A stretch of 64,000 bases of DNA from Lama guanicoe (taxonomy: Eukaryota): assembly GCA_013239625.1 (NCBI GenBank), contig MU054323.1:5197220-5261219 (forward strand), in the 5' to 3' direction. Positions within the stretch are counted from its first letter, which is position 1; each line of letters starts with the position of its first letter. Position numbers and translations under genes: made by a program. Below are positions 39,457-51,815 of this stretch, piece after piece. The notes beneath the pieces were generated by a model, which worked only from the letters and a program-made list of their open reading frames with translations, was not told the DNA's origin and made no database searches.

Positions 39457-40389
39457 TTTGAAAAAAAATGCTCAATATCAAATATCCATTATCAGAGGAA
39501 AAGTGGTATCAATTATCAGAGAAATGCAAATCAAAACTATAATGAGGTATCACCTCACACCAGTCTGAATGGCCATCATTCAAAAGTCCACAAATGATAA
39601 ATGCTGGAGATGGTGTGAAGAAAAGGGAACCCTCCTACACTGTTGGTGAGAATGTAGTTTGATGCAGCCGTTATGGAAAACAGTATGGAGATTCCTCTAA
39701 AGACTAAAAATAGACTTACCATATGATCCAGCAATCCTATCCTGGGCATATATCTAGAGGGAACTGTAATCCAAGAAGATACATGCACCTCAATGTTCAT
39801 AGTAGCACTATATACAATAGCCAAGACATGGAAGCAACCTAAATGTCCATCGACAGAGACTGGATAAAGAAGTTGTGGTATATTTATATATGGAATGGAA
39901 TACTACTCAGCCATAAAAAAGAATAAAATAATACCATTTGCAGCAACATAGAATGACAATCTCCAGGTCCATCTAAGTGAAGTAAGCCAGAAAGAGAAAG
40001 AAAAATACCAAATGATATCACTTATATGTGGAATCTAAACAAAAAAAAAACCCAAAAAACAAAAAAAAACAAATGAACTTATTTACAAAACAGAAATAGA
40101 CTCACAGACATAGAAAAAAAAACAACTTATGGTTACCAGAGGGAAAAGGGGTGGGAAGAGATAAATTAGGTGTTCAAGATTTGCAGATACTAACTACTAT
40201 ATATAAAATAGGTAAACAAGTTTCTTCCGTATAGAACAGGGAACTACATTCAATATCTTGTAGTAACCTATAATGAAAAAGAACATGAAAATGAATATAT
40301 GTATGTATATGTATGACTGAAACATGCTGTACACCAGAAATTGACACAACATTATCAACTTACTAACCTTCAATTTAAAAAAAAAAAAA
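39457..40389 (+). mobile_element. Young 5'-truncated L1 (cetartiodactyl/camelid type): ORF2 C-terminus, 3' UTR and poly(A)
   Basis: gaaatgcaaatcaaaactataatgaggtatcacctcacacc; ttaccatatgatccagcaatcc; A tail; TSD gagtctg at 39450-39456 and 40390-40396. Confidence 0.95.
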
Positions 40390-41856
40390 GAGTCTGCGGC
40401 TTCACTGGGCATTGCAGAGCTCCATCCCCACCCCTCCAGCCTCCCACACTGCGTGTACTGCCAGCTGGGTCTCTCAATAGTCCAAAATTCACGGAAGAAG
40501 GGAAGTAAGGAGATAGCCAAGTAATTACAACAGAAGATATTGAAGGGGAATTATTTTATACTAAATTACTACATCCTTATAAATGAATGGGATTATTTCT
40601 GGGGGGAAAAAAGGAGAAAATTATGTTTACCCAAGTGGAAAGTTTTATTTTCAGTCATAAGCTGAGGCTTCATATCCCATTAAGCAGCAAAAGGAAATAA
40701 CTCTTTTAGCCTATTCTTCTTCCTGTCAGTTTTAATTTAAATGAAATAGGAAAAAAAATTAGCCAGGGCTACAGGTCAAAGGATTCTAGCTTTCAAAATC
40801 AGAACTCTACGAGGGATGTTTTGAGGCAGTCAGCCAACTGGGGAATAGATGGAGGTTCTGTAGGAACCAGTTGACATTACAGGGGCTTAAACAGGGCTTC
40901 AACATCCTCTGTCATTCTAGCTGCTAAGGCTCTGACCCTGCCTGGGACGCACACCGCCTCTCCTCATTGTTTCCCTGAAAAGAAGGTGAGATGATTTAAC
41001 TCCCATCAGGAGCTGCCACATAGGAAGGACTGTCTTCACACGAGGCAGGCAGGCAGGCTAAGTGGTGGGGAGGGAAACACTACACTGTGTGATGGAGTTG
41101 CGCATCTGTCCCAGCAGAGGAGCTGCTCTCCCTCCAAGCACTTACCTGCCTCCATTATGGAGAATACGGGAAGACAGTGGTGAGGCAGGAGCCTCACTGT
41201 GCTGGGAAATTTGGAAGCAGCAGCTGCAGCAACAGAGGCAGGCAGAACTCACACATTCACTGAAATGAAAGGCTTTAGGCAGCCTGTCACCATTGGGTCT
41301 CCCTATAAACAAGAGTCACTTCCAGCTTCACCAGCTTCTTCCCACCTAGTTCAGAGGCAACACCACCAGGGTCTATGCTGGTAACATTTTCTTTCCCCCT
41401 GAGCCTTTGAGAATGAAAATCGACAGTAAAATATTTCAACAGTTACGGTCCAGAGCATAGGCACTCCCCAAATGATTATTACATCGTTGGCTTTAGTTCA
41501 ATTCTGTAGGGGTTCCTGATCAATATCTTGGTGAAAAAAAGTTACGACTCGGAAAGAAGAATGCTCTCTAAGTAATTCCACCAACACTTCTCAGATGGTA
41601 TCATGACTCCATAATGACAGCGTATTTTCAGATAAATTCTGGGATCTTATCCCTCAAGGGTGTTACCCAGCTGAGTATATTAAACACCTTCCCAGATACA
41701 CAGTAACTCCTTCTCTTCATCCATCTTGTCTTTTCTCAAGGGCTCTTCCTTCCCAGTCTTTGATATGTTGTTCACCTTGTTACTACCTGTCTTGTCAGGC
41801 ACTTCCTCTGTGGTTTCAGACATTTCGTGCATCACTGCTTCCTATGTCTTTTTTGC

Positions 41857-41858
<2 letters not shown>

Positions 41859-41920
<62 letters not shown>
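41859..41920. repeat. T31-C-T30 homopolymer tract
   Basis: Read directly from the sequence. Confidence 0.95.
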
Positions 41921-41923
<3 letters not shown>

Positions 41924-42817
41924 TCCTAGGCCTTGAATCACTTTCTGGTGCAATATTTCATGACATTCATTTTTCATACAAATTTGCGATTTATTTCCAT
42001 TTCCTTTCTGATCACACCACATTTCACACTTCTTAAGACACTGACTGGAGATCCTTTTCCGGAAGGGTCTCCCAGGAAAAGAAGAAAAGGAAGATAAATG
42101 ATGTGTCATTAGCATAAAGCCAGTTTATACACCTGAGTGACTCTAGGATGATGTTATACTGACCAAGAGTAAAGGTGAAGATTTTGGTCAGTGATGACGA
42201 CGAACAGGTCTGCACAGATGCAGTTAATCGGCAAAGGAAAGAGTTTGTCTTTCTCCAGTATGATTAGCATTTTCATCCTTGGAATCAACCTTAAAATTTT
42301 TGCTACCAACCAAGAGTTAAACCATCTTTTTAAAAGATGGTCTTCAAGGTTAGCAGACGTTGAGATAAAAATAAATTATAACTCAAAGAGAGGTGAAAAT
42401 CAAGAGATCCTTTGCACAGAAGAGGGAGATGTGTTTTTAACTGAGTTTCAAAGCCATATGGAGAGTTGATGAGGTGGAGAAATGTAAGCAGGATTTTTTT
42501 CCAGATGGTGGGCACTTGAGTTGAGGAGCTAAATTTTGTAGAGGCCAAGGACCCAGGGAAAAAGGATGTTGAGGCTGCACAGAATGGAATCTCAAGGTCA
42601 AAGGAAATGAAATATTCAGTTGCACACGAGTCTAGGTAAAGGAGGTGAGATGTGGGGCCAGCTGGTGGTTTCCAAAAGATTTTTCAGTATACATAACATG
42701 AAAAGGATATAAGGGAAACTCACTGATGCAACAACAGAAATGTCATGTGTTCTTCTGGAACAAAGAACAGATGATCTACATACAGAAAGCATCTTAAGTA
42801 AAGGAAAAGGTCATTAA

Positions 42818-43012
42818 TATTTCTCAAAATGTGGTCCTTAAACCACCTGCATTAGCATCACCCGGAGTATTTCTTTAAGATGCAAAATTCCAGGCCCTAC
42901 TCCATTTCCTTCTGAAAGGGAACTCAGGGGTAGAACTCAGGGAACTTGTTGGAGTAGAATTTCTAAAAGTTCACTAAGCAATTTTTATGGCCACTAAAGA
43001 ATGAAAATATTG
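42818..43012. mobile_element. MER5-type hAT-Charlie MITE
   Basis: ttctcaaaatgtggtcc..accacctgcattagcatcaccc..atgcaaaattccaggcccta. Confidence 0.7.
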
Positions 43013-44212
43013 CTGATATCTTACAGAGAGATCCACGTCCGCTGGGAATGCTCCTGGTACCCCACCCTCAAACTCATGGCTGCTGTTCAAGAACACTAAA
43101 ATACACGTAACAACAGGAGCAAAACTCAAATGCCAAGAATAGTTAACCTGAATGGATACTGTCGTACAAAGGAAGGAGTAAACCTTCATTAATCAGACTT
43201 ACCCTTTGACAGGGATTTCTGAATAATTTTATTTTCGATTTATTTGATGGCTAATAAGAAAGTACTTTCTGATACTAAGGCTTTGTTTGTTTGTTTAAAT
43301 CCTACATCCCTGTAAGAGCAGAGTAATCATGGTATAATTATGCTTAGCTCACTAGGGACTTTGCATATTTTCATGCTAATCACCGGGAACAAAGTGGTTT
43401 AACATCTCACTATATGGATACAGAAAAAGTAAAAATTAGGATGGCTATAGCCTTACTTTAGTTCAAACCTAAAAACTTCTTTTTAAAGGTAGGTTGGTTT
43501 TGTGTGTGTGTTTGCTATTATTATTTTTAGTTTTTAGTTTCCTTGTCTCTTAGAGGTCATTTAAAATCCTAAAAATAATTATTCTAAAAGAGCCTTGAAG
43601 AGGCCGGTAGATTATAGATACTGCTTTGCCAGGAAGTCGCTTTTTGTCAAGATTTCCCCCAAAGCAAGTCTATTACTGCACTGATATGCAGCTCATAAAG
43701 GCCACTCTAAGTCAAAGGGTAATGGTTGAAAAATTCTTTTCACTGATTCATTGTTAAATGGAAAATGTAAAAATACTTCCTTTTCATGAAGACAAATTGC
43801 ATTTTTAAATTCTCCTAATGAAGCAGCATTCATCAATGCTTGCTCATTTGTCTTTGCAGGGGGAGTTCTGGGGCACAGATGAGAAGATTAATGTCTCTGA
43901 ACTTTTCAACACATTGAGTTTAGGCAGGGTCCTCCCCTAGTGAGCAGAATTAAGTCAATATCATTACTAACATTCTCAGTAACATTTGAAGACTTACATT
44001 CTGTTTCTATCCTTATTTTTTCAGACTCAGGGAGTCCATCTTGATACCACAGTTTATGTTTCTAATTCACCAAGAATAGAGTTTCAATTTCTTTTCACCA
44101 CGGTGAAAGAAAATTGTGGGCAACAGAGATGAGATGGTGGTGAAGAAGTATGAAAGTGCTTAAGGGCTTTAAGGAATGAGGAGTAATATATGTCCTCTGT
44201 TCCCCTAAAAAA

Positions 44213-45260
44213 AACATTCATTTATCAAACATTTATTAAGCATTTACTCTAAGGTAGGCACTGAAGAAAGCTCTGGAGATGTAAAGGTAAATAATAAATC
44301 AGCCTTTCTCCAAAGACTCAAAATTACTGGAGGAGGCAGCCCAGAAAACAAAAATATGATATATGAGAGGGACACAATACTACTCAATGGAGAGAGAAAT
44401 ACTTGATGAATGAATTAAAAACTACTCAAAGAGGAGAGTCACTTGAGCAGGAAATGGCAAATAAAATTTAGATAATATCCTGGATTCAATAATGCCCCAC
44501 CCAGTCACATCTATGAAAAAATCTGTAAATAATTTCATTTAAAAATAAGGTCTTTGCAGATGTGATGAAGTTAAGATGAGGTCATTCTGGATGAGGGTTG
44601 TCTGTAATTAAAAAAAGAGAAAAAATTTCCTTCTAAAAGGAGGAAAACTTGGACAGAGACACACAGGGAGAACGGAGGCAAATACTGGAATGATTTGATG
44701 CATCTGGAAATCGAGGACCACCCAGGATTTCTGGCAAACACCAGAACCTAGGTAGGGGCAAATAAGACCCCTTCCCTGGAGCCTTCAGAAAGAATATGAC
44801 CCTGTTGACACCTTGATTTTGGATTTCTAGCCACCACGCCATATTTGGAGAAAATGAGTCTTTCAGGAAGGCAGAAATACAAAGATTGAAGTGGAAAGGC
44901 ATCATCAGGAAATGTGGCTGGAAAGGTAAACTTGGTATAGAAGATAAAAAAAAAAAGTACAGAGGTGATATTCACCTGATCCACCCAGCACGGAGTGCTT
45001 ATAAATTATTAAATATTTTAGGTCTTATTCTTGTACATATACCCTAGTAAGTGATAACACCTTAAACTGGAAGCTCTGCAATAGTTCACACAGGGGCAGG
45101 AAAGAAACAGCACTGGTTTTTTGGTTTTGTTTTTTAGAAAACTCACTCTGAATGTCCCATATGCAAAGGTATGTGAGGAGGAGTGGGTTGAAAGACTGCA
45201 ATCCAGGAGACCAGACAGGAGGATGTTGTCATGGTTCAGATGAGAGACTAAACTAGCGGT
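44213..45260 (-). mobile_element. L2 relic interrupted by an MLT1 LTR
   Basis: cattcatttatcaaacatttattaagcatttact..; resumes after the LTR with ttttagaaaactcactctg..ggagaccagacaggagg. Confidence 0.6.
44485..44860 (+). mobile_element. MaLR solo LTR, MLT1B/C-like
   Basis: aaataaggtctttgcagatgtgatgaagttaagatgaggtc..gagccttcaga..ccctgttgacaccttgattttggatttctagcc. Confidence 0.85.
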
Positions 45261-45269
45261 TAAGAAGTA

Positions 45270-48200
45270 TCACTTTCAATAATGATGAACTAGCTTGTAT
45301 GTGATTAAACCTCCTCCCGCAAACTCTAGTCAAGATAAAGAAAACCATGTTGAAGTCATTGGTGGGCAATTAAGAGTAGGCAGACATAAGAGGAGATGTG
45401 GCCCTTGAAAGCAATGAAATAAACTAGGTGAGATCCACCGTAAACCAGTTCTTTCCCTAGGGTATTCTCTTGTTCACGTTGTATGGTGGATAGGGCTCAA
45501 GTGCAAAATGATAGCCTTATCTGGCGAGGAGTAAGGGAAGACTTCAGAGCTGCCAGATGAGAAACTGAGAAGACAAATCTCAATTCTGCATACACCATTC
45601 AAATCTAGACTGACTTCTGATCTGGATATGCACAGAGCAAGAGTAGAAACCAAGTTTCAAGTTAAGAGAAGGAGGAGGGTTCAAAGGCTAAAAGAGCTGA
45701 GTGGAGATTTCCAACAGCTTTTCAGTGCTGGGAGGAAAATTTCAGAGTTCAATTCCTGCCATGTTAGAAGGGGTTGGTAAACTCAGACTTACTCTTAAAA
45801 TCTTGGAAGGACAATGCCATAAAAGTAGGAATATGTCTAGCACTAAGAGGTATACACTAAGATTAAAGACAAAATTTAAGTAACAAATCCTATATCTAAG
45901 CATTCATAACATCAAGATGATCTACCAGTAATTTTGTAATTGCCTTAACCTCATAGTATCTAATGTAATTGAATACTGCTATTAATATTCCAAGCAGCAG
46001 GAAAATGTAATCTACACTCAAAAGAAAAAAAAAAAATACCAATAGAAGAAGACCTAAAATGATCCAGATCAGAATTAGCAAACAAGGATATTATCATAAA
46101 AAATGTCAAAACATTTTTCAGGAAAAGAGTGATATATTAGGTGAAGAAATGGTGAATTTTAGAAAAGTAATAAAATCTCTAAAGAAGGACCAAACAGAAA
46201 TCCTAGAATTAAACAAAAAATGCAACATGTAACATAAGAAAATCAGTGAGTGAAATTGAGTGGATTGAACACAGCAGGTAAAGAAATACAGAATTTATTG
46301 ATAAGTCAATGGAAATTCTCCAGCCAGAAGCATTAATAGAAGAAAAGACTGAAACAATAAAACCTCAATAATTTTGGGGACAATATCAAGACCTCCAACA
46401 TACATATAATTGGACCCCCAAAAAGAGAAAATGGGGCAGAAAATACTGGCTCAAATTTTTCTGCATTTGACTAAAGACATCAGCCAATAGATCCAAAATG
46501 CTCCGCAATCCACAAGCAGGTAAATACGAAGAAAACCACAGCTAAGCATATTATATCCAAACTGCTAAAAACACAGATAATGGAAAAATCGTTAAGAGCA
46601 GCCAAAGGAACAAGGATGACTGACTTCTCATCAGAAAGAGAAGAAAAACTGATGGAACAAAACCTTTAAAATATTGAATGAATAAAACATCCTAGAATTC
46701 TACACCTGGTGGAAATAGCCTTCAGAAATACTTTTAGATGATGTTTTCAGATACATGAAAGCTGAGAGAATCTCAGCTAGAAGAAACTCACTCTAAGAAA
46801 CACAAAAGGACAGAAATGGTACCAGATGGGAAATCGTATCTAGAGGAAGAAATGAAGAGCTTTGGAAATAGTAAAAATTTTGGTATTTCTTGTTTTTTTT
46901 AATTATTTAAAAAATAGTTAAATGTTTAAAGAAAAGTGGTATTAGTACTCTATATTGGGCTTCAAAATACATGTAGATATAAAAATACATGCCTAAATTA
47001 GCACAAGAAGAGGGGGTACACTGATTCATATTTTTGTAAAGTTCTTATATTGTAGGTGAAGCAATAATAAGTTCAGGATGCATGTATGATTCCTTGATCA
47101 AGTGCTAAAAGTGAATACCAAATTAAAACAAAAAAACCTACTAGACAAAATATGATAAAATACTGGAAAACACCTTCTAATTAACCCAAAAGCAGGCAGA
47201 AAGGAGGAAAAAAAGGAAAGGGGACAAACAAAAGGAAAAAAAGTCAAGCTGCTAGACTTATATCCAACCATATAAATAAACGCATTCCCTCAATTAAGAG
47301 AATTTCTTATCCAGTCAAGCTAGATAAAAATTCCAGATCAACTACATCTAAGTACATTAAATATAATGGTACATACAGCACTACTGTGTGGATGGAATAT
47401 AGAAATTTTCAACTACCAAGCTTAAGAAAGCAAAAGGGACACTATGAACTCAATTGCAGGATGGAGGCAGACTCGCAGACACAGTAAACAATCTTGTGAT
47501 TGCCGGGGAAAGGGGGTGGGAAGGGATGAATTTGGGAATTTCAGATTTACAAATGTTAGCCACTATATATAAAAATAGATTCAAAAAAATGTTTTTGCTG
47601 TATAGCACAGGGAACTAAGTTCAATATCTTGTAATAACCTTTAATGAAAAAGAATATGAAAACGAATATATGTATGTATACACATGACTGGGACATTGTG
47701 CTGTACACCAGAAACTGACACACTGTAACTGATGGTACTTAAATTTAAAAAATTTTTTTAAAAAGAAAGCAGAAAGTAGCTCTAATAATATCAGACTTTA
47801 AAATAAGTTTCACTTAAAGTGAAGGGAGGCATTTATAAGCATGGAAGTGTAATTCTGTCAAGACATCAGAATACTGAATAAAAATGAATCTACATCTAAT
47901 GATGGATCTTCAAATAAGGGAAAATTAAAACGAAAAAAATCCTAAAGAGAAAAATAAATAGAGTTCGAGATTTCAACACTCCTTTTGTAGCAATTGTTAG
48001 ACAAGAAGACAAAAAGTTCAGTAGCAATAAAGGATATTTGAATAGCAATGGAAGTTATCCTGATTTAATTAATATTTGTGCAATACGGCATCTGACAGCT
48101 TTAAACATATTCTGTTTTTGGGTAGTACACCAAGTCTCATTTCTTTTAAAGAATTGAAGTCACTCAGTATATTCTCTTACAACAACAGAATTAAATCATG

Positions 48201-48650
48201 GTCAATAACAATAACCACTACTGATTTCACAGATTTATCTAAAAAGAAAAAACACTGAATTATTATAAACAGCTTTATACCAATGACGTCAAAAATCTGA
48301 AATGGAAAAAGTCCTCGAAAAAATAGTGCATCAAATTGGCCACAGGTAGAAATATAAAATATGAGTGGCCCTACGTCTTTTGAAGAAATTGAATTTGTAG
48401 CTTCAATCTTCCCCAAAAAGAAACCTTTAGGTCTAGACAGGTTACACTAGGAAAATCTATCAACCATTTAAACTACAAATGATACCAAGCATATGCAAAC
48501 TCTTTCATCAAACAGAGGCTGAGGGAACACTTCGAAATCACTTCATGAGGCCAAACTGACCCTGCTATGAAAACTTAACTAGGACCAGACAGGAAAAGAA
48601 AGTTACAGACAAAACAACTATTAAAAGATAGAAATTCAAAGTCCTTTGAA
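45270..48650 (+). mobile_element. Old L1 (L1MC/MD-like): 5' UTR, ORF1 and ORF2 endonuclease region, decayed
   Basis: A-rich sense L1; ORF1-like tgacttctcatcagaaa and cctagaattctacacctgg; ORF2-like gagatttcaacactcc and gagggaacacttcgaaatcacttcatgaggcca. Confidence 0.8.
47433..47762 (+). mobile_element. Young camelid-type L1 3' UTR inserted into the old L1
   Basis: Homologous to 40070-40389 (ggggtgggaag..ttcaatatcttgta..catgactg..gtacaccagaaa); TSD aagaaagca at 47424-47432 and 47763-47771 after tt. Confidence 0.9.
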
Positions 48651-48955
48651 CAACTATTAGATATTTGATTATATTAAAGAAACTGTTGTATGTGTTGGTG
48701 TGATAATGGTATTTCAACCATATTTTAAAATAACTTATCTTTTGGACTATGTACTGAAATATTCCTAGGTAAAGTGGTATTAAATTGAATCATATAAAAT
48801 GGATGTTTTCATTGGTCAAAAGTTTTCAAATATCAGCAATGTCACAATTCAACCTAATATAATACCTGGAATTTTCCTTATTATAATCCAGTAGGGGAGG
48901 TGGAAGGCATATGTGAGATAAAATAAAACAAAAATGCTAAGAGGATGACTAATGT
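48650..48955 (+). mobile_element. L1MC-like 3' UTR fragment
   Basis: ggtgtgataatggtatt..tactgaaatatt..aattataatccagtagggg. Confidence 0.6.
48780..48857. mobile_element. MADE2 mariner MITE
   Basis: 78 bp, TA-flanked, degenerate TIRs ttaaattgaatcata and caattcaacctaa; interior ggtcaaaa..aatatcagcaat matches the recalled MADE2. Confidence 0.8.
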
Positions 48956-49740
48956 GTTTGGATCCACCATTTGCTCCACAACCATTCTCATTATATAAAA
49001 ACTGTGCTGTCTGCCCTGCTCATCACATCGCCCATGTCGCTCACGCTAAGGGACACATTTCAGGTCCCGGGAAGAGATGCAGCACCCAGGACCAATCACG
49101 CGTCATACAGACTGGACATTGTCACATTGAAAGATGCATGTGAGTCAACTCTGAATGCCCTGGTCACAGCATTTTCTACAGGACATCCCACCTGTTTCAT
49201 AGCTCTTAAGAGCCATTTCTATTCTGCTATTCTCTCTCATGCATGCATTTCATTTGGAAATTCTTAAGCAAAACGAAGTCTCTTTATAAATCACTGCACA
49301 TTAGTAAATTGTTCTGAATTATACTTGAATTAGTCAATTTTTGAAGAATGTTACACACATTATCTTTCTTGTAAATTTCAAAAGGCATCACTAAGTGTAA
49401 TCTCGTCATTGATTTACGGACTTGAATCCCTCAAAGGAGGGATTCAGATTCACTCTGTGTCCTTGAGTTGCTCAATCTGGCATTTAGATGGGAAGTATTG
49501 TCTAATGTGTAGGAAATTGGCTCCTCGATCTCCTCTTCCCGGGACCAAGATTCATCATCAGAATATCTAAGTATAAACACTACTCTCAACTTTAAAACTT
49601 AGACACACACATACACGAGTCTGACTGAGCTCCCTCCATCATTTCTTCCACCATTTGAAACTGCACTGACTGAGAAACACGCTTTCATGTGCCTTTTGTG
49701 TGTGTCATGGTTTCCACAGTACTCAGGCTGCTTGGCTTTT

Positions 49741-50428
49741 ATATCAGTTCGGGAGGGTCCAATCAGGAAACAGAAACGGCATCGTAATTTTAAACAGGGG
49801 AAACTTGATATAAATAATATTAACCTCTGATGAGAGAATAACCGTAAAAATGTAAAGAGAGCTTTGGCAGGGAGGTGCCTCTCCAAGGCTGGGGTTCAGG
49901 GCCCACTGGAGGAGTAGCGTAGCATGAGTCGCAGACTACCCGGGGGTGGAGGGGCTGGCTGCTGTGCCCAGGCCGAAGCTTGTTTGTCCACAATGGCTGA
50001 GCAAGTGGGAACAGCCCTCCAGGTCATGAGGGAGCCAATGCTGGTGAGCGGACAGACAGAGCGGACCAGGCATTCCTACAGGCACAGGCCTGGAGCGCAC
50101 GGTGTTCACCGTGAGTCAGGAGAGCTGTGAGAAAGTGGTCAGCAGGCCTGGGCCGGGGCCGTGAGGCCTCTGGGGGACTGTGTTTCCGGGGGTGTGGCTC
50201 TGCCCCACCGGGCACCCAGGCACACCCACACCGCAGCCCAGTTATGCGGCCAGGGCAGCAGAAGCAAACAGAGCAACCAGACCGGGACAAGAAGCCCCTT
50301 CTCACAAAGTGCCCCGCACTGCGCTCTCCTGACCAAGCTTCCCTTCGTGCTCAAGCTTTAATCCATTATACACAGCAAGTCTTGTGGGAGGAATCTGGAG
50401 CAGAGAGACCAAAAATCCAGCTCTGGCT
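49741..50428 (-). mobile_element. Ancient solo LTR, LTR78/79-like
   Basis: gtccaatcaggaaacagaaac..aacaggggaaacttgatataaataatattaac; ctctcctgaccaagctt; gaatctggagcagagag. Confidence 0.6.
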
Positions 50429-50559
50429 AGTGGATTTCTGGGTTTCATATATAGGTATAGTCTCCTCAAAGTGAGCCAACATCTAACTTAGTGATTTCCA
50501 TGGCACCCTGAGTTCCACGGAAACACTTCAGCTAAGGATCACCAGATCACTCACATCCC

Positions 50560-50800
50560 GGTCAAGAATCTCATAATGAGCTCTGGAGCTGGGCCTCCCT
50601 GCACTCAATCTGCGCTCGCTCATTTTCCTGCAGTGTGACTTCAGGGTAGTTATTTATTCTGTTTCCTCATCTGAAACTGAGAATAGCAAGCCCCTCTCCT
50701 GGAGCTGTTGGAACGATTAAATGACTTAACACGCGCTAGATGTTAAGCTTCAAATCATGCCTACTGCATTGTCAGAGCTCAAGAAATCGTATCTTTTAAT
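50560..50800 (+). mobile_element. MIR
   Basis: gctctggagc..gtgtgacttcagggtagttattt..tgtttcctcatctgaaactgagaata..gattaaatgacttaac. Confidence 0.7.
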
Positions 50801-51659
50801 AGCAGTATTGATTGAGCAGCTATGAGGTAGGTCCTTTGCGACTCTGGAAAGACATAACAGAAGTCTGGGAGCCAGTCTTCACATCACTTTCACTCACGGG
50901 TTCAGGTATTTCTTTCATCAACCCCTACCGGCTTTATCATGTCTCCTCCAGCAACCCAAAGAAATGACACTGACATTGTTCTGTGCTTGAATTCCATAGG
51001 CTACCAAAGGATTGTTACATCCACTCAAAACTCCCCCATATGTTTAACTCCCCACTGACTCTCCAAATACATCCTCCCCTTTCTTTCTTCACCTCCATTG
51101 TACAGCCTGAGACACTCCCCCCCTTGATCTCTCAGTATGCATGCGGACACATTACAGCATACTCCACAAACAGAAGGGCAACTTGTTTAGGGGTCAGAAA
51201 AATGATGCTCAGTTTTGAAATTCTAAATTTGAATGTCCTCATTTCCTGAGGAGGTTTCCTCCTTCATTTATTTAAAACATAATTTATGCAGTGAGATTGC
51301 CAGGAACATATGCCAGTTAGTCTTAAATGCTAAAACGAGAATCACTAGGTTTCCCACTACGACCTTTGGGTACAGCTCTAGTCTTCCAGTTTTGAAATAC
51401 TCACTTCTCTGCGGGGTGGGCGGGTGATAAAATTAACACAGAGACATTTCTATTTTCTGATTCCTTCTCCACTTCTGCTCATTCTTCTGAGTGTGAAACC
51501 TAAACTTCTACTTCATTACCTCTCAAAACGATTAATGTACGGTCAGGTCTTCTGTTTTCAACTCCAAAGGGCCAAGAACGATCAGACTTCTGACACGCTC
51601 CAGGCCAGTTCCACATAAAGAAATAGGAGGAGCCCAGGGGCACGTTGGCAGCTCCATTT

Positions 51660-51815
51660 GCATATGCCCATCATGGAAGTGACACAATGTATTACAGGTA
51701 TTTTAATATTTTTATATTCCTCACTGACTTGAACATTCCCCTGAAGACAGACACTGTGTCTTATTCATGCTGTAACCCAAGTAACTAGGAGAGTTCTAGC
51801 AAATAGTTGTGAATA
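51660..51815 (+). mobile_element. L2 3' end
   Basis: ctgaagacagacactgtgtcttattcatgctgtaaccca..caaatagttgtgaat. Confidence 0.5.

Noticed and set aside
39181..39597. 138-aa ORF
   Set aside because: Chance read-through from unique DNA into L1 sequence out of the ORF2 frame; no recognisable domain
41726..42115. Poly-Phe and poly-Lys ORFs
   Set aside because: Artefacts of the T tract
49924..50474. Cluster of overlapping ORFs
   Set aside because: Expected from stop-codon scarcity in a GC-rich LTR relic
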